A stretch of 64,000 bases of DNA from Myxococcota bacterium. Its GTDB lineage: Bacteria > Myxococcota_A > Polyangia > Polyangiales > Houyiibacteriaceae. Both the position numbers and the translations under genes were made by a program. The notes beneath the pieces were generated by a model. It saw only the letters and a list, made by a program, of their open reading frames with translations. It did not search any database and had not been told where the DNA came from. Shown here one piece after another: positions 37,401-46,100 of the stretch. Numbering within the stretch: the first letter of the stretch is position 1; every line of letters starts with the position of its first letter. The DNA lies in assembly GCA_039030515.1 (NCBI GenBank), contig JBCCEA010000010.1, positions 66,374 through 130,373 of the forward strand, read 5' to 3'.

Positions 37401-38102
37401 GATGCGGTTCGAGCGTGGCGCGGAGGGGCCGCTGAAGCCATCGCCCAGGTTGCGGACGGCGACGTGGCCCGGTCTCGCTACCTGCTCGAGGCGCGAGACG
37501 CGACGTCGGAGGCGCTGTTTCATCTCGCGGAGTACCGATATCAGCGTTTTAAGCAGATCGAGTTTCCCAGTTTTCGTGGGGCTAGGTCTCTTGAAGGCGT
37601 CAATCGGTGGGCGCAAAACGACTTCGTGCGTTGGGTGCAGTCCAAAACCCAAGCGCTCCAGGAAGCAGAACAGGAATACAACAAGATCGCCGAACTTGAG
37701 GTGCCTTCCAGGATGATCGCCGCCGCTGCGCGCATCGGCGAGATGTATCGCTCATTTGTTGATGAGTTCCGCGATGCGCCAATCCCTCGCGAAATCGAAA
37801 ACGATCCTGAGCTTCGAGACATTTACTACGGGGCTCTGGATGAACGGTCCGAGCCGCTGGTGCGACAGGCTGTCGATAAGTTCGAGTTCTGCATCAGAAC
37901 CTCCACCAATGTGCGCTGGTTCAGTCGTTTCTCCCGCCAATGTGAGCAGGAGTTGAATCGGCTCGAACCACGTGAGTATCCTTTGGCGGCCGAGCTCAGA
38001 GCGCTTCCTGGGTTTACGCGACAGACGCCGGCGCAGCCTCGCGATGTCGAAATCGTCGAAGAAGAGGCTGAAGAGTTTACGCAAGAGGGAGGTGCGTCTT
38101 GA
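34485..38102 (+). CDS. gltD: Gliding motility TPR protein GltD/AgmU
   Basis: Signal peptide, ~1200 aa of TPRs (DEVLFSLAF, AYLSFAEFYF, YALYKQAWVQYN), C-terminal AAAARIG...P.EYP; lies between gltC and gltE. Confidence 0.8.
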   Translation: MRTLGKGRGRSRRIALCTLIIATPLSLTAQEMPLFAVSSRMCVPGALQQELADCPANAPSRSGSGVPPSSGAPVSRLRTAQRQSEEPTERQSAPGFELDVSTRRNRERSESRAWDLLQREVQILRRLVQNTRTDNPQRPDILLRLAETYFEMQTVLNARVRAFDEPIFQACSVEQNANQCRQKREQQSQASENLDTIRQDAVRTYATLVQDHPNYARMDEVLFSLAFSLDEMRQFEQARQVYHRLIRGFPESRFVPNAYLSFAEFYFGDGDMEAAAQFYDKVIEFPPERNPVYGYALYKQAWVQYNLEDFRASLQAFVDTIEFANQNPSAADAVNLARQARRELVLPYAMTGAADRALPFFQRYATDRGQAMEMLERLAELYFDTGRWLETISVYQRLIAENVASERVCYWQTRVTNAVISSSPKAQQVREIQRMVDLYETYRERTSDSDALAECKQETATILVWLATAWHREAIGVDDQPGTNDLATMRLATELYRIVVEKFPDMEAMEFPMIARQDWPTEYKVSYYLAELLWKMEDWGQCGPAFDRVVELDPAGEYTSDAAYAAVLCYNNLYQQQYSGRERTVAERDEDSMRASGRRSRPRAASEEGAVRLASREFTQLEHGMLDAFRRYVCFVPDSEDLPTIKYRRARIFYEANRFEEAAVLFKDIAFNHPDSELSVYAANLYLDSLNVLGSQVEEPRTQCILEIGDSIDPLWGNYCDSEIAYDEHVELCEVLEQLRCDVLRKEAEAYEANEEFKEAASTYVRIFRQFGECGRLDEVLYNAAINFEAARLLGRAIQVRRVLVDRFPESEWAKRAIYLIGANFHALADYERAAQYYEQFAERFPGEQGSECTDEERSAGTCAVAQDALQNALFFRMGLGADHREQAVADAELFTRNYGRRMPRETSQVQFSIGTLYEREQNWRQVVRHYENYLRRYRRTALPHQIIRAYVMVGKAHWKQEDFRLARVPFEDAVRAWRGGAAEAIAQVADGDVARSRYLLEARDATSEALFHLAEYRYQRFKQIEFPSFRGARSLEGVNRWAQNDFVRWVQSKTQALQEAEQEYNKIAELEVPSRMIAAAARIGEMYRSFVDEFRDAPIPREIENDPELRDIYYGALDERSEPLVRQAVDKFEFCIRTSTNVRWFSRFSRQCEQELNRLEPREYPLAAELRALPGFTRQTPAQPRDVEIVEEEAEEFTQEGGAS

Positions 38103-39442
38103 CCGCCAGGATCATGGGGTGTCGGACTGAGTGGACAGGACCGCTGTTCGTTTGGAGGGTCGCGCTGACGATCCAGATCGTGTGGATCTCGGGTTGTGGC
38201 GGTACGACTCAGGTCCCGCCAGTACAGGCGACACGTGATCCCGCAGTGGTTTCCAACGTCGAAGTGAACGAAGAGGCGATGAATCAATGGAACACTGCGA
38301 ATGATGCTTTTGCTCGGGAAGCAGCAGCGGGTTGGGGACGTGCAAATTGTCAGCAGGTAGACAGGCTTTACGAAGAGGCGAATGCCGCTCAGGGGCATGC
38401 TTTTACGGAGTCGATATACATGCGCGGGGTTGTCGCCAGAGAGTGTGGTGATATCGGCTCAGCAACGTCGTTTTTTTTGAAGGCGTTGGAAGTAAACTCC
38501 GGTTTTTGCAAGGCCCGCGCAGCGATTGGGCTCATACGGTTGGATGAAGGAGATGAGGTTGAAGCGCTAAGTGCGTTCAACAAGGCTCTTGAAGACGATC
38601 CTCGCTGTACAGAAGCCTATCTTAACCGCTCGATTGTCAGCTGGCGTCGTGGGGCACCCGCTCAAGAAGTATTGAACGATATTCGCCGCGCACTGGCGAT
38701 CGAATCGGATTTTCTGCCGGCCTTCAATCAAATGGCTCTGCTTTATTTCCGAATGGCGCGAGATGAAGGTGATGACCGTAGACTTGACCTCGCTGAAGTC
38801 GTGTGCCGGCAGGCGCAGCTCCTCGATCGCGACTATGCCCCAATCTACAATACTTGGGGTCTCATCAAGATCGAACGAAACGACGTTATCGAAGCGCTAC
38901 GCATGTTTGAGCGTGCCAAACAACTAGATAACGATATGTTTGAGGCCTTTATGAACTTCGGCCAGATGACCCTGAGCTTTCGCGGTTACGCAGACGCTCG
39001 CCAGTCCTTCGCTCGCGCCGTGGAACTAGAGCCGGAAAGCTATGACGCGATCATTGGTCTTGGCGCGGCGTATCGTGGTGAACGCAACTACCAAGATGCC
39101 CAGCGCCAGTATGAAAGAGCGATTGAGCTAGACGCGAGCCGTCCGGAGGCCTACTTCAATCTAGGGCTTCTCTGGCAAGACTACATGTCAGGCTCGATCG
39201 AAGACTTGAACCGCGCCACGGACTTTTACGAGCAGTTTTTGGCTAAGTCCCAAGGCCAAGACTCTTTTGCGTCCGCGGTGGAGGCCGTGAACCGCAACTG
39301 CACGCAAGCACGGGGCCGACGTCGGTCTTCAGACTGTCGTCCCGGACGTCTACAGCTAATCCAGGACACGGTCAGTGTTCTCGAAGAGGTCCAAGCGCTG
39401 CAGCGCGAGGCGGAAGGACTGCAGAGCGAAGTAGACCAGTAG
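38099..39442 (+). CDS. gltE: Gliding motility TPR lipoprotein GltE/AglT
   Basis: Lipobox ISGC, TPRs, PEAYFNLGLL; overlaps the gltD stop and directly precedes gltF. Confidence 0.8.
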   Translation: MTARIMGCRTEWTGPLFVWRVALTIQIVWISGCGGTTQVPPVQATRDPAVVSNVEVNEEAMNQWNTANDAFAREAAAGWGRANCQQVDRLYEEANAAQGHAFTESIYMRGVVARECGDIGSATSFFLKALEVNSGFCKARAAIGLIRLDEGDEVEALSAFNKALEDDPRCTEAYLNRSIVSWRRGAPAQEVLNDIRRALAIESDFLPAFNQMALLYFRMARDEGDDRRLDLAEVVCRQAQLLDRDYAPIYNTWGLIKIERNDVIEALRMFERAKQLDNDMFEAFMNFGQMTLSFRGYADARQSFARAVELEPESYDAIIGLGAAYRGERNYQDAQRQYERAIELDASRPEAYFNLGLLWQDYMSGSIEDLNRATDFYEQFLAKSQGQDSFASAVEAVNRNCTQARGRRRSSDCRPGRLQLIQDTVSVLEEVQALQREAEGLQSEVDQ

Positions 39443-39485
39443 GCTCTGCTGCGAATCTCGAACAACCGACGTCCGTGGTCCTACA

Positions 39486-39515
39486 TTGACCAAGATGGCA
39501 TTCGTCAGGTAGATT
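39486..39515 (+). promoter_or_regulatory. Internal promoter TTGACC-N18-TAGATT upstream of gltF-gltG
   Basis: Located in the 99-bp gap after gltE, upstream of an AGGAGG RBS. Confidence 0.6.
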
Positions 39516-39541
39516 ACGGTGGCTCTATCAGGAGGTAGTGA

Positions 39542-39793
39542 ATGCGCGTGGCTTCTATTTCTTTTGTTTGTGCGCTCTTCGTGATGTCCGGATTTGTGCC
39601 GACTGCGTACACACAAGAGGAAGAAGAAGAAAACGCGACGACCTACGACTTTGAGGATGATTTGGTCACCGGAGATCTCGTTCGACCCGATGGCGAACTG
39701 CTCAACGTACGCAGACGAGGGCGTCGCTCGTCCTTGATTCGCATTCGAGAGCATTTTGTTCCCGAGATGCTGAAATCGGTTGAAGGGCTTTGA
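39542..39793 (+). CDS. gltF: Gliding motility protein GltF/CglF
   Basis: Signal peptide plus TTYDFEDDLVTGDLVRPDG...SLIRIREHF.PEMLKSVE.L, the CglF pattern. Confidence 0.9.
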   Translation: MRVASISFVCALFVMSGFVPTAYTQEEEEENATTYDFEDDLVTGDLVRPDGELLNVRRRGRRSSLIRIREHFVPEMLKSVEGL

Positions 39794-39835
39794 GTCAAAG
39801 CGTCTGAAATCACCATGAACACCTGATAGGAGGCG

Positions 39836-41857
39836 TTGGTGACGCAGTCTGAAAATAAAGTGCCTATGATCTTTCACGTCTATCAGGGGAACGAGAAAGT
39901 TCGTACGGAGCAACTTGCCCAAGACATCATCAAAGTGGGTAAGCTCTCCTCGAGTCACCTTCGTATTGTCGACGACAACGTGTCTCGCATGCATGCCGTC
40001 ATCGAGGTTACGGGTCCCGATGAGATCTTCATCATCGATCTCGGCTCGGCTTCGGGCACTATCGTCAACGGGAAAAAAGTTAATAAGTCCCGACTGCAGT
40101 TTGGAGACGAGCTTCAATTTGGTGATACGAGGGTCGTATTGGAGCGTTCGGACCGAAACCACGAAACCTCGGCGACCTCATCGGCAGCATCTCCACCGAT
40201 TTCGGCTCCTCCAGGCGCAGTGCCGGGCCCGTTCGGGAAAGCACCGAACCCTTTTGGGTCGGCATCGTCAGCGGCTAGTCCTTTTGTAGCGCCCAATCCG
40301 TACGGAGCCGTCAAAGCGTCAGAGCCAGCGGGGACACCATCCGAGCAAGATGTCCGTGAAGATGTTCAGTTTGGTGTCGTTGCCTCCGGTCCGACTGTCG
40401 CATCGAACGAAGTTGAGGATCCACAAGACGCAGTCGAAGTGGTGATTCTCTGGGGAGACGTGAACGTGCTTCACGTGGCTCATTTGTCTCCACCAAGAGC
40501 GTTTTACATCGGTGAACCCTCAAAAGGCGCGTCCACGGATTACCTGGTCGGGGCTGAAGTGCTTGGAGCACCTCGGATTCCCGTCGTGCTTGCGGATTCA
40601 AAGACCTCGAGCGTCGTGATCCCGCCTGGAGCGACAGGTGAGGTGGTGCTGGAAGACGGTCAGTCGATGACCTTCGAGGAACTCGATGCCGCAGGCAAGC
40701 TGGAGTCCTGTGCCGAGCTTCCCTCGGGAACGCAGTATGCGATTCCTCCAGACGCGACGTGCAAGATCAAGTTCAGCGGCTTCACCTTCCTCGTCAAGCA
40801 GGTGAATGCGGGCAAGAAAGTAGGGGTCGGTGCCATCCACCTTTTCTCCGCTGCTGCCCTTGCTCCGCTGCTGTACATCTTGGGTTCGATCGGGTTGAGC
40901 GGACTGCTTCTTACCTTGATGTACTTTTCTCCGCCAACTTCGTCTTCGCTTTCGCTGGACTTACTCAATGCCGACTCACGGTTGGTCAAGTATTTGATGG
41001 AGCCGCCAGAGGCGGTTGAGGACGAGGAGCCTGATTGGCTCGACAACGATCAAAATGAAAATACGGGAGGGAAAGGAAAGCGACATAAAGGTGACGAAGG
41101 GCAGATGGGAGAGAAGACCGCCAAGAAAACCAACAACCGTTTTGCGGTTGAGGGGCCTGCCGACAACGACGATCCTCACTTGGCGCGAGAGCAGGCACGA
41201 GAGCAGGCACGAAACGCGGGCATACTCGGCACGCTTGCGTCGATGACGGGAGCTTGGAACTCGCCTACTTCCCCCTTCGGTCGAGATACGGCGCTCGGCA
41301 ATGACCCCATGAGCGCGATGGGTGCGCTGATGGGAGACCAAATCGGGGAGAATTTCGGTTTTGGCGGCCTTGGCCTTCGGGGCACAGGTCGCGGCGGTGG
41401 TGGTACCGGAGAGGGCACGATCGGACTTGGCAACGTGGGCACGATCGGGCACGGCGCCGGCGGTGGAGCAGGCAGCGGTTACGGTCGCGCTGCGGGCGGT
41501 TTCGCGGGGAGACAGGCTCGGGTGCCGCGCATTCGCTCTGGTACAGCAGAAGTTCGCGGTTCGCTATCGCGTGAGGTGATCCGCCGGGTGATCCAGCGCC
41601 ATCTCAACGAGGTTCGCTTCTGCTACGAGCAAGAGCTCAACGCGAGACCCGACCTAGAGGGACGCGTCACGGTCACTTTCATCATCGCACCAACCGGGGG
41701 TGTTCAGACAGCAGTTGTGAACAACAGCCAGCTCGGAAGCGCTCGGGTTGAAGGATGTATCGCTAACGCCGTTCGAAGATGGACGTTTCCTGCTCCTGAA
41801 GGAGGCGGCATCGTTCGGGTCAACTATCCGTTCATGCTAACTTCGGCGGGAGGATAG
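39836..41857 (+). CDS. gltG: Gliding motility protein GltG/PglI (FHA, TM, Gly-rich linker, TonB-like C-terminus)
   Basis: FHA domain (IKVGK...VSRMHAVI...IDLGSASGTIVNG), one TM, GKRHKGDEG.MG, C-terminal IRRVIQRHLNEVRFCYE...WTFPAPEGGG.V.VNYPF. Confidence 0.88.
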   Translation: MVTQSENKVPMIFHVYQGNEKVRTEQLAQDIIKVGKLSSSHLRIVDDNVSRMHAVIEVTGPDEIFIIDLGSASGTIVNGKKVNKSRLQFGDELQFGDTRVVLERSDRNHETSATSSAASPPISAPPGAVPGPFGKAPNPFGSASSAASPFVAPNPYGAVKASEPAGTPSEQDVREDVQFGVVASGPTVASNEVEDPQDAVEVVILWGDVNVLHVAHLSPPRAFYIGEPSKGASTDYLVGAEVLGAPRIPVVLADSKTSSVVIPPGATGEVVLEDGQSMTFEELDAAGKLESCAELPSGTQYAIPPDATCKIKFSGFTFLVKQVNAGKKVGVGAIHLFSAAALAPLLYILGSIGLSGLLLTLMYFSPPTSSSLSLDLLNADSRLVKYLMEPPEAVEDEEPDWLDNDQNENTGGKGKRHKGDEGQMGEKTAKKTNNRFAVEGPADNDDPHLAREQAREQARNAGILGTLASMTGAWNSPTSPFGRDTALGNDPMSAMGALMGDQIGENFGFGGLGLRGTGRGGGGTGEGTIGLGNVGTIGHGAGGGAGSGYGRAAGGFAGRQARVPRIRSGTAEVRGSLSREVIRRVIQRHLNEVRFCYEQELNARPDLEGRVTVTFIIAPTGGVQTAVVNNSQLGSARVEGCIANAVRRWTFPAPEGGGIVRVNYPFMLTSAGG

Positions 41858-41995
41858 GCTTGCTGCTCAATAATAGAGAGTGCTCGGGTCGGATGACGCT
41901 ATGTTTTGCGAGGTTGTAGTATCGGGCCGCACAAGGATATTATGGCCAGCAGTTTGGTTCATGATTGTTCGGGAATATGCTTCGAGGAGACTACG

Positions 41996-42865
41996 ATGAG
42001 ACCATGTTCGATGTCGGTCGTAGCTGCACTGGGGTGCTTGCTTTTGCTGGGTGGAGATTGCTCGCGAGCTAGGGTCGAGTCGATGGACCACATGAATCAA
42101 GGTGTGGCCTATGCACAGCAGAAGCGTTTCATAGAAGCTATAAAGGCACTGCAGCAGTCCACGGTGGTCGACCCCACAAACGATCAGGCCTTTTACAACC
42201 TGGCGATCGTACATATCGAGATGCAGCAATTCGAGCGGGCTCGAGAGGCGCTTCAGTCTGCGATCAATGGTGATCCGCGGGTCGCTGGCTACTATGAAAA
42301 ATTGGGCACAGTGGCTATGGAGCTTGAGGACTGGGACAGCGCACGATCGGCGTTTGAACAGGCGATCGTTATCGAACCCGAGCTGTTTAAGGCGTACTAC
42401 AAGCTCGCTCAGGTTTTGGAGCAAGCAGACGAGCCGCAGCAAGCACTTCATCAATATACCGAGGCCATTCAGCGAGGCCCCCGTTTCATCGAAGCCTATG
42501 TGTCTCTCGGAAGGCTCTACTACGATCTAGGCTTTTACTCAGAATCTGCTCAGGTGTTGCTTGGTGGTTTGCGTGTAGTACTGCCCGGAACTGACGAGAA
42601 AGCGGATCTGCACCATATGCTGGGCGCGGTGTATCAGGAGCAGGACAGATACGATAGCGCCATCGAAGAGTTTCGCAGCGCACTGGAGCTTTCTCCAGGT
42701 ATGCGAGATGCTTTATTTTCGCTTGGCTGGGCGCACTCGCTCAAGGGAAACCGAGAGGATGCAAGGCACTACCTCAGCAAATTTGTGGATCTGGCCGGGG
42801 CGGATGCGCCTCAGCACTATCTGAAGGCGGCGCGTGATCGGATAGCGGAGCTAGAGCAGTTGTAG
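41996..42865 (+). CDS. TPR-repeat protein, probable lipoprotein
   Basis: GAGGAG RBS, hydrophobic N-terminus ending GGDC, about 7 canonical TPRs. Confidence 0.85.
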   Translation: MRPCSMSVVAALGCLLLLGGDCSRARVESMDHMNQGVAYAQQKRFIEAIKALQQSTVVDPTNDQAFYNLAIVHIEMQQFERAREALQSAINGDPRVAGYYEKLGTVAMELEDWDSARSAFEQAIVIEPELFKAYYKLAQVLEQADEPQQALHQYTEAIQRGPRFIEAYVSLGRLYYDLGFYSESAQVLLGGLRVVLPGTDEKADLHHMLGAVYQEQDRYDSAIEEFRSALELSPGMRDALFSLGWAHSLKGNREDARHYLSKFVDLAGADAPQHYLKAARDRIAELEQL

Positions 42866-43186
42866 TTCGGCCTCGTGATGAAGCGATTTGAGCATTGAGT
42901 GGAGCAGAGCAGATGTCGGCGTCGGAATCGGCCAGGGAGGGTTCGAGTTCTTTCGAGGGAGCATCGTTTTACCACCCCACTCCCCTGTCTCTTCAGACCG
43001 AAGCTAGATGGATCGGTTTGGTTGAGCAATGGTCCAGCAGGCTCGGCTTCCGACCCCTCAGGATCAGACGCGCTAGCATTCACAGTGGTTGTCTTAGTAA
43101 CCTTCAATTGAATACCCCGTGGTTCGGGTCGAAGCGCCAAGTAACTTAATTGGAGCTCGGTTCGGTAGATCGCGGGCAAGCATCGC

Positions 43187-46100
43187 ATGAGCCAGGGAGG
43201 CGCCGTGTCTGAGGAAGACCTGTCCGAGCCGAATGAGATCGAAACCGTGGAGGAAGACGCGGATGCTGCGCCCGGAGATGTGGAGAGTGAGGTGCCACGA
43301 GAATTAACCGACGCCGACAGGGCGAAACTCTCTGAACTCGATGAAGAGATCGCGAAATTCGAGGGACAGAAGCGTTGGTCCGACGTCGTCCGACGCGTTC
43401 TTGCCAAGGTCGACATCGTTGTCGACCAGGCAGAGCAGGTAGCGCTTCTTCGCCAGGCCGGAATGCTTTATCTCGAGCGTTCCAGCAACCAAGCAGAAGC
43501 CATCAAATGTTTTGAGCGTCTGCTGAAACTGGAACCTCGAAATACGGGAGCGCTCACTCGGCTCGAGCAGATGTATGAAAAGCGTCGGGACTGGGAAAAA
43601 TTAGTTCGAGTAAGACAACAGGCCGCAGAATTGATGGACGAATTAGATCGTCCCCTGGTGTATCTCGAGATCGCAAAACTAGCGTCCCAGCGGCTTCGTA
43701 AGCCTCAAGTGTGTATCGATCTTTGGCAGCAGGTTCTCGGGGTGGATCCCGACAACCCGGAGGCATTAGAGGAGCTTTCTACGCTCTACGAACGATCGAG
43801 AGAGTGGGAACCGCTGGCCAAAGTGCTCGAGCAGATCAGCCAGGGTGAGCGTAACGAGGCCACGCTAAAACAACAGCTCCAGAAGTTGGGGACGATCTAT
43901 GCCGACAAAATCGGAGACGATTCGGCAGCGGTGCATGCGTTTCAAAGGCTTCTCGAGCTGGACCCCGAAGATCGTAGAGCACAAGAACAACTTAAGCGCC
44001 GCTTTGTCGCCCTGCGCGCTTGGGATCAGCTCGAAGCATTTTACGCTCAGAGCGACAAATGGGACGAACTGATCCGGATCTTCGAGCGGGAGGCCGAGGG
44101 AACCGAGATCGAGTCTTCCGACCGAATCGCCCTCTTGTTTCGAGCTGCGAAGCTCTGGCAGGAGAACAAAGAGAAGCCTGAGCGGGCAGCTCGGGCCTAT
44201 GAAAAGGTTTTGGCTATCGACCCCAGCAATCTGAAGGCGGCCGAAGCACTCTCTCCGATCTACGAAAAATCGAGCGATGCGAAGAAGCTCGTTGCCGTGT
44301 ACGAGGTTCGCCTCCAGCACTTCGAGGATTCGTACGATGCAGTCCCGTTGCTTCGGGAGACGGCCATGCTTTACGAGGAGCGTCTACGTGACTTGCCCAC
44401 CGCGTTCGAAAAGCACCTGCAAGCCTTTGCCGCCCAGCCCTATCAAGAGTCGGTTCGCGAAGACGTCGAACGTGTAGCCAATGAGATCGACGGCGGATGG
44501 GAACGGCTCACAGAGGCGTATCGCAGCGCGATTCAAGATTCGGTAAAGCCGGATCATCAGATCGAATTGCGCATGAGTTTTGGTGCGGTGCTTCGTCGCG
44601 TCGGGCGGATCGAAGAATCTATCGAGCAGTTTCGCGCTGTATACGCTTCGAACGATGGTCACCAGAGGGCTATCCATGCCCTCGGTGAGCTCTACCGACA
44701 GACAGGGCAATATCGTGAGCTCATGGAGATTTACGAGCGTCGCATGGAGCTCGAGGTGGATCTTGAGGTTCAGCGAGATATCGCTTATTCACGTGCGTCT
44801 CTGCTCCACAGGGAACTGTCGGATCCCGCCGCTGCGATTCGTTCATACAGCGAGATTCTAGAAAAATACGGTAACGGGGAGGCCGATGCCTTTCGTGCGT
44901 TGGACGAACTGTATTTTTCGCAGGAAATGTGGCCAGAGCTTGCATCGATCTTAGCACGCCGGATCGAGCTCGGTCCCGAAAGCCATGAGGAACTCGCAGC
45001 TCTGAACTTTCGTCTCGGTCGGACACTGCAGGAACATCTCGATGAAAAGGCTCGTGCGATCGAATTGTTCCGGCAAGTTCTGACCCTCATGCCGGAGCAT
45101 GATGGAGCGCGTGAATCGCTGGAGTCTCTGCTCGGAGATGCCGAAGTCGGGGTGGATGCGGCGATGATTTTGGAGCCGCACTATGAGTCTCGAGAAGACT
45201 ATCAGAGTCTCATTGGAGCGATTCGTGTACTTCATGGCGGCAGCGATCGAGCAGAGGAGCGACTCGGCTACCTGACAAAAATAGGGGATATCTACGCCAA
45301 CTTTTTGCATGATACGAGTAAAGCTTTCGATGCATTCGCCGAAGCGGTTCGTGAGATGCCCGAGAGTGAAGAGACTCTGTCGCGTCTTGAGGTTTTTGCT
45401 CTTGAGCAAGATCGGTTTCGTGAACTGGTCGAGCTAGTCGGTGCTTTGGCAGCAGCAGTGGACGATCCCGTTCTCTCTCGTTCGCTCTGGACTCGAGCGG
45501 CTCGAATGTACGAAGAACAGCTCGATGAATTGGATGGAGCGGTTGTCTGCTACGGGAAATGTCTTGATTTAGATCCAGGTGACATCGAGGTTCTTCATGC
45601 ACTTGAAGTGCTCTATCGGCGCACGGAGCGATGGGCCCATCTCGTCTCCGTTTTGCATCGAAGGGCGGAAGTCTCGAGTGACGTCGTTGAGCAAGAAGAG
45701 CTCTTGTCTCAGATCGCCGTCATTCACGACCAGTCTCTCCAGGATCCTTCGTCCGCAATCACGACGTTCAAGCACATTTTAGAACTCGACCCTACCAGCG
45801 CTCGAGCTCTTAGCGCGCTTGATGATCTTTACGCGCGACAGGAAATGTGGGCGGAGCTGGCGGACAATGTTGACCGTCAGCTGGAGCTGGCGACGGACGA
45901 GGCACAGAGCACCTCTCTTATGTTGCGTCTTGCGGCGCTGCGCGAAACTCGAATGGGAGCAGCAGATGCCGCGATCGAGATCTACCGTGACGTGCTCGAT
46001 CGAAATCCCCGCAACCCGGAGGCGCTGGTTGCGCTGGAGCGGCTCATTCAGGACGACCGGTACCAGTCTACGATCACCGAGACGCTCGAACCGATTTACC

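Noticed and set aside
42890..42965. tRNA-like fragment (GAGGGTTCGAGTTCTTT T-arm-like; AGTGG...AGAGCA D-arm-like)
   Set aside because: No acceptor stem, weak stems, an 8-nt anticodon-like loop and no CCA. At most a decayed remnant.
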